DNA of 63,757 nucleotides, from contig NC_068987.1 in NCBI RefSeq assembly GCF_001194135.2, positions 48,830,932-48,894,688 on the forward strand. The letters run 5' to 3'. A model generated the notes under the pieces. It had not been told where the DNA came from. It did no database searches and saw only the letters and a list, made by a program, of their open reading frames with translations. The stretch is from Octopus bimaculoides. Lineage: Eukaryota. The position numbers were made by a program, and so were the translations under genes. Positions 34,062 to 44,185 of this stretch are shown piece after piece; the first letter of the stretch is position 1; the number at the start of each line of letters is the position of its first letter.

Positions 34062-37000
34062 CATGGTTTATCATGGCATGGGCTACTGCAGAATCAACAG
34101 AAATAGCTCTAATTAACTACTTTAGATGATGAATTCTTGATGAATTCTACAATGCAGAATAAATCAATGATCATTACAGTGTCACATAACTTGATCTGCC
34201 CTGAGGCTTTGGTATCCTGTATCTACAAATATAGATGATTAAGGATGGAGTACTTCAAGCCCTTATCATTAATGTTAGAAATAGCAAATAATAGGGCAGT
34301 ATAATTACACATTTATTCTGTATCTAAATAATCTATCTCATCAACAAAAATGTAATAGCAATAAATCTTCAGAAACCAATTCTTTTTAAATAGTTAAAGG
34401 AAAATTTATGAAGAAAATGTTAAGGAAAAGATGTAGTCTTCTATACATAAAAGCAAAAATTGTAAATAAAAATCTAACTTTCTGTTCCCCCATTAATAAT
34501 GTATAATCAAAAGCCAAATTATTTCAAATGTTCAGTTATTTCAAAACCTGCTCTGCCCCACACCAATCTCTTTCAAAAGCAATATGATCACAACTGTCCT
34601 GTTCAATTATATTTTGCAGTAGGTTTAGTATTATAATTCTAACACTTTTTCTAAAAATCATATTAAACATTTTAATTTTGCAATTTTCTAACAGAATATA
34701 TATTTTCAGACCCATGAAGATTATGATGGGAAATATTCTGTGAGGATTTCATTTACTTGGTTCTGCACTTTAATTATGTTATTCTTTATCATCTATAGCT
34801 GTCACCCATGAACAAGTCTGACTCAGTAACATGTACCATGCTTTTCCTAATTTTCTTAGGTGCCTATGTAGTCATGAGCAGACATACACTTTCTTAGCCC
34901 TCTTCCTACCCTCAGCCCAATGGAACATCCAAGATGTGAAAACTGGAAGGAGAAAGAGGGCTGCAACAGCAATTAGTTGGCACTTATTTCACCTATTTAT
35001 GTCAGTAGACTGGAGCAATGTGAAATGAAGGATCTTGTTCAAGGACACAATGCACCACTCTCTCAAGGAACCAAACCCATAATCGTAAGATTGTGAATTG
35101 AACCCTCTAACCATTAAGCCAGATGATAAAAAGAAACTTATCCTATATACCTTGCCAGTATTGGCATTATGATTTTGCAATGGCTTTTCCTTCTGCTACA
35201 TATTGTAGCAATTATTATCATTTGATTTTAATATAATGCCATCTTCTTAGAAACACTGTATTTGATATTTTCTTCTGTCTGAATGGATAGAATATTGGAC
35301 TACTAGTACCACTCATCCAACAGTTATAAAGTCATATCTCATTGTAGGTTTGTAGTTTATCTAAGCCTAAACAGTTTTTAGATTGTTTCAGTTGACTATT
35401 GTCCAGTTTGAGGGGAGAGGCTGTCCTTTCAGATGTTTAATTCTACAGAAACAGGGATTAAAGTAGGAATTATTAATGTTTTGGACAAAAGATTGATTTT
35501 AAAATGCTTAAGTTAAAAAATATATGGAAAATTAAATTTGTAAGCTACTGACTAAAAGAAACAATATTCAATCAATATAGCCATGTTGGTTATTGATATA
35601 AGTAGTAGAGAGAGAGATATTTGAGGGAAATAAGGCAATCATCTTTGCAAGTCAATCAACTGCATAGAAGTTTCTCTAACAGAAAGCTAAATTTAATTCC
35701 TTGTAATTTAAAATATATCTGTAAATAACTACAACAGTATCATAAAAGAAACTATGGAAGTAAAAGGAATGAAAGGTTATGTTTAAAGTTATTCTATATA
35801 ACATGCCATAGAATATATATTTTTAATTAAAAAAATATCTTATTAGCTACTTTGAAATAAAAATGTTAATTTTGTTTTTCTAAAGAAATTAATTTTAATT
35901 TAACTAAGTTATTGCCAACTACAGTACTGAAATGCATATCAAAGAATTTTGGAAGTCACATGTAGAGAAAATGAGAGTAAAAGTCAAAAGAAATACATTT
36001 AAATTTAAGCAATATAAAACATTTTGTTTCTCATTTAAAATAACAATAAAGATATACTACTGATTCATAATAAAGTATAGTAGCTTAATATTGAAATATA
36101 TAGATGACAGTGTTACTTATAAGTTTCAACAGACGTGTGTATGTCCGTCTCTAAGAGGGTGCACAGGATGGTATTGCCCCATCACTATTCAATGGTGCAC
36201 CCTCAGATTTATTCCACTTTAGTAACTGCAGTTTAACATTATTACAAATTAGTGCCTACCCAGAATATTCTGAAGCACCCCCAGGCACTAAAGTCTAGCA
36301 ACAGGCTTGTGTATGTGTACAGTAAACAATTATTGTCAAGCCAATAAGGTATATGATATAATAAATCTGTTGTGCTTTAATAATGTCTCAAAAGTATCTT
36401 ATTTTTTTTAATGCTACCAGAATGTTAAAATTTTGAATAAATATTTATTTTGTTTTCTTTATATGACATGAATACATTGGTTCATGTTATGGGTGCCAAT
36501 TTTCCTGTACAGATTATATAATCACAGATAAGTGTTGTACAGATTTCTTACATATAAAAAAAAAACTATTCCTGAAAATTTAATCAACCTTATAAACTAT
36601 ATATCATTTATATTAGTTCTTAGATTGAATTTATAAAAAAATTGTTAATTTAAAATGGACTGAGCCTTTATCATTTCTCTTAGACTTCATGGCTGATTAG
36701 TGAGAACTTAAGTTTCAAGTTAAATGTCTATAGTAGATCAATGAATCTACTCAATCATATTTTATTATGACATATTCAGAATGGACATGATGTAAACTAC
36801 AATCAGAAATACCACTAGAGTGTTAGAATGAATTTCTTCCTCAAACAATATCACTAAAAATGCATATATATAACCTTTCATTTATGTCAGCTCACTATTA
36901 TATATGTAAGCATAATTTCATGCATAAAATATGAATGTCTTTCAATTAAACTTAAGATCACATACTTTTGGGGATATAATACAATTCTATATAATATATC

Positions 37001-37782
37001 CAACTATGGAGTCAACTTCACCATATTACTCATATTGATTTATCTTGGAAGGATGAAAATAAAGTTGATGCTAGTAAGATTTCAACTGAAAACCTAGAGC
37101 AATGGAATTACATATGTAATATATTTAATCAGATGTATGACTCTTTCTGCTAACTTAAAGCAATTGATATAAAAAATATAGAATAGTCACTGAAAATGGC
37201 CCTAAGAATAGAAACATATTCTTAGTTAATAACATTCAGAAAACATATAAGAGTTTATTTTGGAAAGGTAGAAAAATGATGTATATTCAAAATAATGAAG
37301 AAAGGAATTAATATTGGTTCCTCTCAAGAAAGGGTTTAATCTATAAACATTAACTTACACCCTTGAAAAAAAAAACAAAAAAACAGACAGTAAAATCTGA
37401 TACTTTCAAAATCTTTCTAAATGATAAGATAATCTAGAATAATTATCCATCCAATGGTGAAAATTCTTATCTTATTTCATTGTTAGAATTTTCCATTTGT
37501 TTAAGCTTTGATTTTCTTTTGTACCTTCTCCCATTAATCAATCAAATATTAAAAAAAAAATCTTAATATACTTAATCCAGTTAGCAACATTGAAAAAGGT
37601 TGATATATATAAACATAATTCTGCAGAGCTAAAAAACCCAGATATTCTACTGAAGAAGGAAGTTAAGTTGATGGACATAGGCAATTCCTGATGATTTTGG
37701 AAAAATGAAATACTTACCCACTTCCATGAGAAAATCCAGAGTGTTGGCCTGCTGGAAATGGCCGGGCGACAGCATTGAAGTT
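8707..37782 (-). CDS. Zasp: PDZ and LIM domain protein Zasp (ALP/Enigma family), 5'-partial multi-exon CDS: join complement 37718-37782, 31159-31295, 23001-23214, 18219-18443, 15016-15098, 14056-14305, 13031-13217, 11465-11585, 10559-10674, 8707-8784
   Basis: Manual splicing gives one open frame with every phase matching (0-2,2-1,1-2,2-2,2-1,1-2,2-0,0-1,1-0,0-stop). It contains the ZM core [26 protein letters not shown] segments and three LIM domains ending YCKKHAR*. Family assignment is from recognised motifs; no database search was run. Confidence 0.92.
8958..9200 (+). repeat. Unclassified dispersed repeat, copy 2, in the last Zasp intron
   Basis: Same sequence as 4650-4875 with an expanded (TA)n. 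Confidence 0.85.
9700..10250 (-). mobile_element. Decayed L1/Tx1-like LINE 3' remnant (zf-RVT-like C-terminus)
   Basis: [17 protein letters not shown] in ORF 9910-10194 resembles the Cys/His C-terminal domain of Tx1-type ORF2. Confidence 0.6.
10559..10674 (-). CDS. Zasp: Zasp exon I (116 nt): LIM3 first part [38 protein letters not shown]
   Basis: TTTTCCAG| acceptor, ACA|GTACGT donor. GDRWVEA is typical of the last Zasp LIM. Confidence 0.95.
10843..11221 (-). mobile_element. Full-length, CpG-rich (young) tRNA-derived SINE; older relatives at about 14550-14760 and 45415-45730
   Basis: Head GTGGAGGCGCAATGGCCCAGTAGTTAGGG...GGTTTCGATTCCCAG with A/B boxes, followed by about 300 bp of non-tRNA body. 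Confidence 0.85.
11465..11585 (-). CDS. Zasp: Zasp exon H (121 nt): LIM2 core [40 protein letters not shown]
   Basis: Absent from the ORF track (too short). TTCTTTTTCTTATAG| acceptor, C|GTGAGT donor. HxxCxxCxxC...YC LIM pattern. Confidence 0.93.
11930..12150 (-). mobile_element. Probable Penelope-like terminal-repeat fragment carrying the hammerhead, inserted in the (TA)n tract of a SINE
   Basis: About 220 bp bounded by TA microsatellites, splitting the SINE at 11691-12343. Hammerhead followed by AATAAA. Penelope origin is inferred. Confidence 0.55.
11978..12061 (-). ncRNA. Type I hammerhead ribozyme (Penelope-like-element/retrozyme style), sense to the Zasp pre-mRNA
   Basis: Minus strand: UUCC-CUGAUGA-GAAGGUUACAA...UUGUAAUCCUUU-GAAA-CAUAUG-UA|GGAA. 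All core nucleotides present, stems I, II and III pair, palindromic stem III ACAUAUGU. Confidence 0.75.
12370..12900 (+). mobile_element. Old RTE-type LINE RT C-terminal remnant
   Basis: [24 protein letters not shown]...AAAVF and RRVRLAAHV resemble the RTE FxYLGS and RRLRWAGHV regions. Confidence 0.7.
13031..13217 (-). CDS. Zasp: Zasp exon G (187 nt): rest of LIM1 and start of LIM2
   Basis: [23 protein letters not shown]...YCEKD...CHKC. TATTTCAG| and GGG|GTAAGT. Confidence 0.95.
14056..14305 (-). CDS. Zasp: Zasp exon F (250 nt): proline-rich linker and start of LIM1 ([13 protein letters not shown])
   Basis: TTGCTTAG| acceptor, AG|GTTTGT donor. CxxC of LIM1. Confidence 0.9.
15016..15098 (-). 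CDS. Zasp: Zasp exon E (83 nt): [27 protein letters not shown]
   Basis: CTTGTCACCAACAG| acceptor, T|GTAAGT donor. Phases 2-1 link to exon F. Confidence 0.8.
15337..16075 (-). mobile_element. Three head-to-tail S2 SINEs with (ATT)n spacers
   Basis: Heads near 16060, 15840 and 15600. Each contains the GAGTTCAAA/GACTTTGCCTTTCATC core. Confidence 0.8.
18215..18443 (-). CDS. Zasp: Zasp exon D: DSKENG...[13 protein letters not shown]...[13 protein letters not shown]; cassette (to 18219) or terminal (TAG at 18215-18217)
   Basis: TTTTTTCAG| acceptor in phase 2. SETYKLI and SKTFKRLQ resemble ZM C-terminal segments. GG|GTAGGA donor overlaps an in-frame TAG. Confidence 0.82.
18458..18474 (-). promoter_or_regulatory. 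Two RBFOX-type UGCAUG hexamers in the 3' splice region of exon D
   Basis: Minus strand TTTTTGCATGAATAGTGCATGCTATGTTTTTTCAG. Function is inferred. Confidence 0.5.
22232..22417. mobile_element. piggyBac-type MITE (TTAA-CCCT...AGGG-TTAA), family 'M2'; other copies at 41010-41235 and 49890-50538
   Basis: Termini TTAACCCTTTAG / AAAGGGTTAA. Internal sequence shared among copies. Confidence 0.7.
23001..23214 (-). CDS. Zasp: Zasp exon C (214 nt) with the ZM core [18 protein letters not shown]
   Basis: TTTCAG| acceptor, GG|GTAATG donor. Phase 1 start matches exon B. Canonical [10 protein letters not shown]. Confidence 0.9.
28110..30336 (+). mobile_element. CR1-group LINE, 5'-truncated, multiple stops/frameshifts, (ATT)n tail
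   Basis: [44 protein letters not shown]. 3' end GTAGTGCACCTGAGCACTGT followed by (ATT)n. Confidence 0.92.
31159..31295 (-). CDS. Zasp: Zasp exon B (137 nt): [45 protein letters not shown]
   Basis: TACAG| acceptor, G|GTAAGG donor. QSRSFKLLQ resembles the QSRSFRxL motif of ALP/Enigma proteins. Confidence 0.85.
33325..33510 (+). mobile_element. Probable Penelope-like terminal-repeat fragment with a degenerate hammerhead-like motif
   Basis: TCTTT-CTGTGGA-A-GTGC-GTAG-GCTC-GAAAT-GTT-AAAGA at 33381-33418, flanked by TA/CA microsatellites. Confidence 0.5.
37718..37782 (-). CDS. Zasp: Zasp exon A (65 nt): [21 protein letters not shown](G)
   Basis: Acceptor TTCTTCTTTTACCTCATCTAG, donor GG|GTAAGT. 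The N-x-x-ARPF motif resembles the post-PDZ linker of this family. Phase 2 end joins exon B as GGG. Confidence 0.75.
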
Positions 37783-37863
37783 CTAGATGAGGTAAAAGAA
37801 GAAAAAATAGAAATTAAATACTGATTACTGTATAAATCTTTTCATCAGAAGAGATTTAAATAA

Positions 37864-38260
37864 TGAATATAAACAAATTGACATATTCACTTGGTACAAG
37901 AATATTGTGAACTTGTATTACTGGTAACAAATTGGAACAGCTATCAATAATATTTAACCAACAACCATTACCTTACTAATCCCACTTGAATGAATATATA
38001 CAAATTGATACATTCACTTGGTACAAGAATATTGTGAACTTGTATTATTGGTAACAAATTGGAACAGCTATCAATANNNNNNNNNNATAATATTTAACCA
38101 ACAACCATTACCTTACTAATCCCACTTGAATGAATATATACAAATTGATACATTCACTTGGTACAAGAATATTGTGAACTTGTATTATTGGTAACAAATT
38201 GGAACAGCTATCAATAATATTTAACCAACAACCATTACCTTTAATACCAATCCCACTTGA
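37864..38260. repeat. 127-bp tandem repeat, about 3 copies, with a 10-N gap inside
   Basis: Units start at 37864, 37991 and 38131. Copy 1 differs from copies 2 and 3 at a few bases. Confidence 0.85.
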
Positions 38261-38765
38261 GACCACAGTGGATTCTATGGTTCAAACTTTCTGTTTGAAA
38301 GTTATCTAAGCAAGAAAAAAAAAGAAGAAAGACCTCTATCAAAATTTTATGTTAATTTATGTTCCAAACTAGCTCAATAGGGACAAAGTTATTTTACTAA
38401 TTCTTCATTAGTTTCAAAATTACTTGAAACAGTATATTTCAACAGAATTTAAATTTTATGTTTATTCAGATGTTTCATGGTCACATGGTTTAGTATTAGA
38501 CTTCTGTTATAATTCCATTCACATCTCAGAAATTTATAGGAATATCAGCACCAATGAATCTTAGTGTATGTTATAGTTCATGATTTGTTTTATATATTTG
38601 AGTATGGGTTCTGATACAAAAAAAAAAAAGCCAAGTCATCTGCTAATGAGAATGGCTTTATAACATGTACCATGCTGTCACTAATTGTTTTAGGTGGGTG
38701 TGTAGCCATGAGAAGATACAGATACCCTTTTGATTTTCTCATTCTTTGACCTAACATCACATCTA

Positions 38766-38821
<56 letters not shown>

Positions 38822-39356
38822 AAGAGAGAGAGAGAGAGAGAGCAATCACTGGAGTAATGTCAAAGAAAGTGCCTTGCTGAAGGATACAACATGAGGCTGC
38901 TTGTTCCAAGAATTGAACTCACAACATCATGACCACTAGGTCATATGCCTTCACTAGCTTCTCATATAGATTAGCTGGAGCTGTAATATTTTTAGTGCAG
39001 GATAGCTGTGAGAAGAGCCTAGAATGTAATTACTGTTAAAACACAAGGAGAACAAAAAAATGTTACCAACAAGTACCCAAAACTTATACCTTATTCACAG
39101 TTTCCAAACACTCTGTACCACTAAGCCAATATATACACAAACAAGTTGCATGAGTGATTTCAACAGTGACACACTTGTGCACACACATAGATACACATAC
39201 ACACAAATGAAAGGCAATGTATGTGTGTGTGTTTGCTGTTCACTGACAAAAATTGTGCTGCATTACTTTTGTGAAGTTTTGTCAGTGAACAGATCGTGGT
39301 TTCAAAGCGAAGAAAATATTTTGACACAAATGAAATTTAATGTTGAAGTGAAACTC

Positions 39357-39564
39357 GTACTACTTAAATATAGAGGTCCCTCAATGGTACTACTTAAATA
39401 CAGATGTTACATACACAACATTTTAAATGTATGCTGTGTAAATGTAACTAACCCTAAAACTAGCTCTAACCTTAACCCTAAAACTAACCCTAACCGTAAC
39501 CCTAAAAACTAACCCTCCCTTTCATATCGTTACGTAGATGCATCGGGACCTCTGTATATAAGTA
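39357..39564. mobile_element. Small non-autonomous element with 20-bp inverted repeats and an internal degenerate (CCCTAA)n tract
   Basis: TACTTAAATATAGAGGTCCC (39361-39380) vs GGGACCTCTGTATATAAGTA (39545-39564), 18/20 complementary. Telomere-like tract at 39448-39516. Confidence 0.65.
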
Positions 39565-41009
39565 GGGTCATGAAACTAACGGTTTCTGTGTTCTTGAATG
39601 GCTTACAAACATCTATTCTGCAATTGTTTTTGTTTCAGTACACAATCTCAGATCAAGTCACTTGCTATGCAAGTACATCTCCGTAATTTTTAAAAATCAT
39701 TGTGGATAAATTGCAGCAACGACCTCCTCAGGCTCTCCAATATTTTAATTTCTAAACAGAAACAACTGGGGGCAGGGAGTGAGGTTGGAAAAAATTCATA
39801 ATTTCTCAAATTTTCTTTTTTATAGCATATAAATGTATTTATGGGGAAAACATATTGAAAAACATTAATACATGCGAGAGTGATAAAGAAACAGGGAGGG
39901 TTGTCTTTGGATATGCTAGAAACAACAGCCACTCACTTTTCCCTCTGGAAATATTAACAATTTTAAAAAACTTTTTTACCGAAAATGCTCTTCCCATGGT
40001 TTTGAAGAGCAAAATAAATTGGCCAAAATAAGTCTGGAGTGGGATGATGAGGGAGGGGGTGTAAAAAAAAAANNNNNNNNNNNNNNNNNNNNNNNNNNNN
40101 NNNNNNNNNNNNNNNNNNNNNNNNNNNNNNNNNNNNNNNNNNNNNNNNNNNNNNNNNAGTTATGAGGGAATAAGTCAGATCATGTGAATTTTCCAAAACT
40201 CTTCTCTCCACCCTGTCAGAAAAATTCTTTCTCATAAATCCCTATATACCCTGAAGCCACAACATCTAAGTGGTATTTGTAGAAAATTTTGTTGAAACAT
40301 ATCCATTTTTCTGGATGTCATGAGGCAACAAAATTATACATATACATCTGTAGTAATGCCCTTCTATTTATATGATTTTTTCATTTCATGTTTATTTCAT
40401 TCATTGTTTGCAATGTTCTCCCCCCTCCCCCCTCTCTCTCTCTCTCACACACACACACACATACTGCAAAGCTTACAGAAAGGCTGCTGAATTGAAATCT
40501 CTTTGTTGCTCTGAGGGGAAGGTAAAAACTTGACAAACTGCTCTTCCCTCTGTTGTTGGACTACCACGAGGCTTGTTTAAAAAAGAGAGATTATGACTGT
40601 GATACAATAATGAAAGCAATTCTTACTAAGCAAGTGAACACTATTATACAAAGAAATAATTAGACGTAAAATATAAAAATTATTAGAATTGGAAATCAAA
40701 TGTAAAAATATTATCAAGGGGCTAGCAGAAAACTGCCTGGAGGGTGGTCTTTCTGCTAGTGTTTATAAATAATGCAGGAAATAAAAGGTGTCAAATGTAT
40801 TGTCGAAAACAGCAAACAAAGGGAGTTTCTAATTGCTCACTTAATATAAGACATCAAGCAGAGTCAGCAGACATCAAGACACCCCAAATATTGTGATAGA
40901 CTAATGTGTTAAAAACGAAGTGGGGGATGGATTAAAAAAAAAGATCAACTTCATTAAACAACAGGGTTAAGAGCAACACCTTTACAAATAAAAGTAAATA
41001 TTGTCATTA

Positions 41010-41235
41010 TTAACCCTTTAGTGTTCAGGTTATTCTGTCAAACATAGTGCCTATTCATTTACATTGTTTTGAGTTAATCATGCATTATCTCATATCCTTG
41101 AGATTTTGATGATGTGATTGTTTAATGTAGAATAACATTGTAGGTAGGTGTGAGAGCCTGGATTTGGTCAGTTTGAACATAAAACAAATGGAAAATTTGG
41201 ATTGGATATAGCCAGTTTAAATGCTAGAGGGTTAA
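41010..41235. mobile_element. piggyBac-type MITE, family M2
   Basis: TTAACCCTTTAG...TAGAGGGTTAA. Confidence 0.72.
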
Positions 41236-42254
41236 GGTGATATGCTTACTGAATCATTAGTGCATCAGACAAAATGCTTAGCAGCATTTCTTTTGGCTCT
41301 TTATGTACTGAGTTGAAATCCTGCAGAAGTTGACTGCTTTTCATCTGTTTTGGGGACAATAAAATAAGTGCCAGTTGAGCACTGGGGCTCATGTAATCAA
41401 TTTACCACTCCCATAAACTTGCTAGCCTTGTGTCAAAAATAGAAATTATCATTATTTTTTACTTTATACTTCATGCAATATCTTCTGTGATATGACAGTG
41501 CTTAATATGGTGTTAATTTTAAAAATAATGCATAATGATTGATATTCATATTTAATTGCTTAATATAATTTAAATCTAATTTTTTATTTACAGTATAAAG
41601 AGCGCTATATATTTATAGATTTTTGGCCAACATTTACAAATTAATCATCTAATTTTCTAAACTTATTATGTTTAAATTTAGAATAAGTCATTAAAAACTT
41701 TCACTATTCAAATACAGGAATTAAGAGAAAAGGTGTTAGATAAATAACTAAGTGCAAGTACTATGGATTTTAAAATTTCTCCCCAAAAATATATTGCTAA
41801 ACTTAAATTTTCCAAGAAATCCTAATACAGTCTAACAGATCTTATAAAGTTATCATCAGCAACATCAGTATTTTAACATCCAGGTTTTCATGCTTACATG
41901 GGTCAGACAAAATTCATGGAAGCATATTTTCTATGGCTGGATGCTTTTCCTGTCTCCAACATCTATTTGTAAGCAAGATAACATTCCCCATAGTCCTTCA
42001 AACAGAAATAGCACAATGGCTGGACATGTTTTCGTTGAAGATTGCAAATAAGTGATACTGCTTTTATGATGGTAACAACTGTTCACAAGTAACACACAAT
42101 GTCAAGACAAGAAGATACAAGTGCCCACCCATACATATATATCACCCTTTAACATCTGCTTTCCATGCTGGCATGGGTTAGATGTATATGCATACATAGA
42201 TATACTATCATTTAATGTCCACTTTCCATGCTAGCATGGTTTGTGGATATGCGC

Positions 42255-42330
<76 letters not shown>

Positions 42331-43967
42331 CATAAACACAATGAGCAACTTTTCAGTTTTCACCAACCAAATCCATTCACAAGGCTTTGGTTATGCAGGG
42401 CTATTGTAAAATACATTATATGACATGCTTTCAGGTTCAGTCCCACTGCAGGGCACGTTGGTGCTGTGCAGTGCAACTGAACTTGAAACCATGTGGTTGC
42501 AAACAAACTTTTTAACCAAACACCCATCACCATTTGAAACATAATAAATTTTAAAATTCTTAAAATAAGTTAGCAAGTAAAACTTTCAAGAAAAAAATTA
42601 CTTTATATCTTTTAATGAGATTGTATCTTGAGAATTTAACTGCTACCAGGTATCACATATTTTCTAATATCTGCTTCACTATCCTAAATATTTACAGAAA
42701 ATATGAGGCATTGCAGTTTATGTTTAATATATTTGTTGAAAACACTAACTCATATAAACAGTGAATGTCTTATAGATAGTTAAAAATACAAGATTCTCTA
42801 GAATATGACTTGGTATTTTTGTTCCTTTTCTTTTTCTTCCTCCAATAAAGAGTATTTTTAGAAATACTTCTGCTGTCGACATCGACATATGAAAATGGTG
42901 ATGTAATCCTATAGTTTGGCAGATGTAGCATGAATCAGAAGTGTTTGCAGCTAAAAAGCAGAGATCTCCTCTAAAGATGATGCTACTTCCTACAACTAGC
43001 AATGCCTAGTCACACTAATATAGCAATAACATCCTCTAGAGTTTGAGGTATTGTATTTCAGCACAACATGTGAAATAAATATGGTGGAGATCAGAGTGTA
43101 TGTGTGTATATATATATATAACCCATGCTAGCATGGAAAGCAGACGTTAAACGATGATGATGATGATGATGATGATATATATATTCAAGAAATATTACTA
43201 TATTACTTAAGAATTCAGTTTTCTTCACCAATAATTTTTAAAAGAAATTTCAATAATTTGATGTAAACATAAAATTCCATAAAATCTTTCATGCTACAAG
43301 CTAGTTTCAATATGGGGTCTTACAAATATAAATTCCTGATCATATTTAATCATCATTATTATAATTATGTTCTCTGTCAGGTTTCAAGCCCTTGTGTCAT
43401 CATCACTACCACCATCATCCTAATCATCATCACTACCACTATTATCGTGATTATCATCACTACCACTATTATCATGATTATATCATTACAACCACTACTA
43501 CAATCACCATCAACATCATTATTAAGATTATCATCATCATCATTTGGTAGATTGGCAGAATTGTTTCCTGTTGGACAAAATGCCTTGCAGTATTTGCTGC
43601 AGTTTCTTACTTTCTGAATTTGAATCCCACTGAGATAAATTTTGCATTTTATCCCTATGAAGTCGATAAAATACCATTTAAATACTAGAGCTAACGGTAT
43701 CAACCAAACCCTCCCCTTAAATTTCTGGATGCCTTACAATATTTACTTTTGTCCTAATATGTTCTGAGTTCAAATCCTGCCAGGACTGACTTAAGTTTTC
43801 TCTCCTCTTGGACCAAATAAATACAATGAATGTACAGAACTGATGTAATGTGCCTTTCCCTAATGAATTTGTAATTTTTAAGAAATCATTACATCTGTTG
43901 CTCTAGTAGCAAATATAAGCAACATTTAATTGTAGGTGTTGCTTTTAAGTACAATAATTGACTGGCT

Positions 43968-44185
43968 AACCCTTTTGTTACCATATTTCTTCTAAAATAT
44001 AGTCTCTGTCTCAATTAATTTTGAAAATAATGAAGAATTTAGATAAAATGTCATTATCAAATTGGTCTTTGGAGTATAAATTAACATGAAAGTATGAAAG
44101 TTCTAATTTAGATCACTCTAGAAAATCAAGTTTGTATCATAGAGCTAAAGGCAGTCTTGGGCAGGTTCATATCAAAAGGGTTAAG
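43968..44185. mobile_element. MITE family 'M1' (TAACCCTT...AAAAGGGTTAA); further copies near 5590-5799, 32010-32200, 47695-47820, 57620-57905, 58690-58920, 60055-60280, 62940-63060
   Basis: Shared core AATTAATTTTGAAAATAATGAAGAATTT...TTTAGATCAC...ATCAAAAGGGTTAA. Confidence 0.65.

Noticed and set aside
37688-37717. CTGATGA...GAAA on the plus strand beside exon A
   Set aside because: No closing stem II pair or NUH/stem I; overlaps the exon A donor. Chance.
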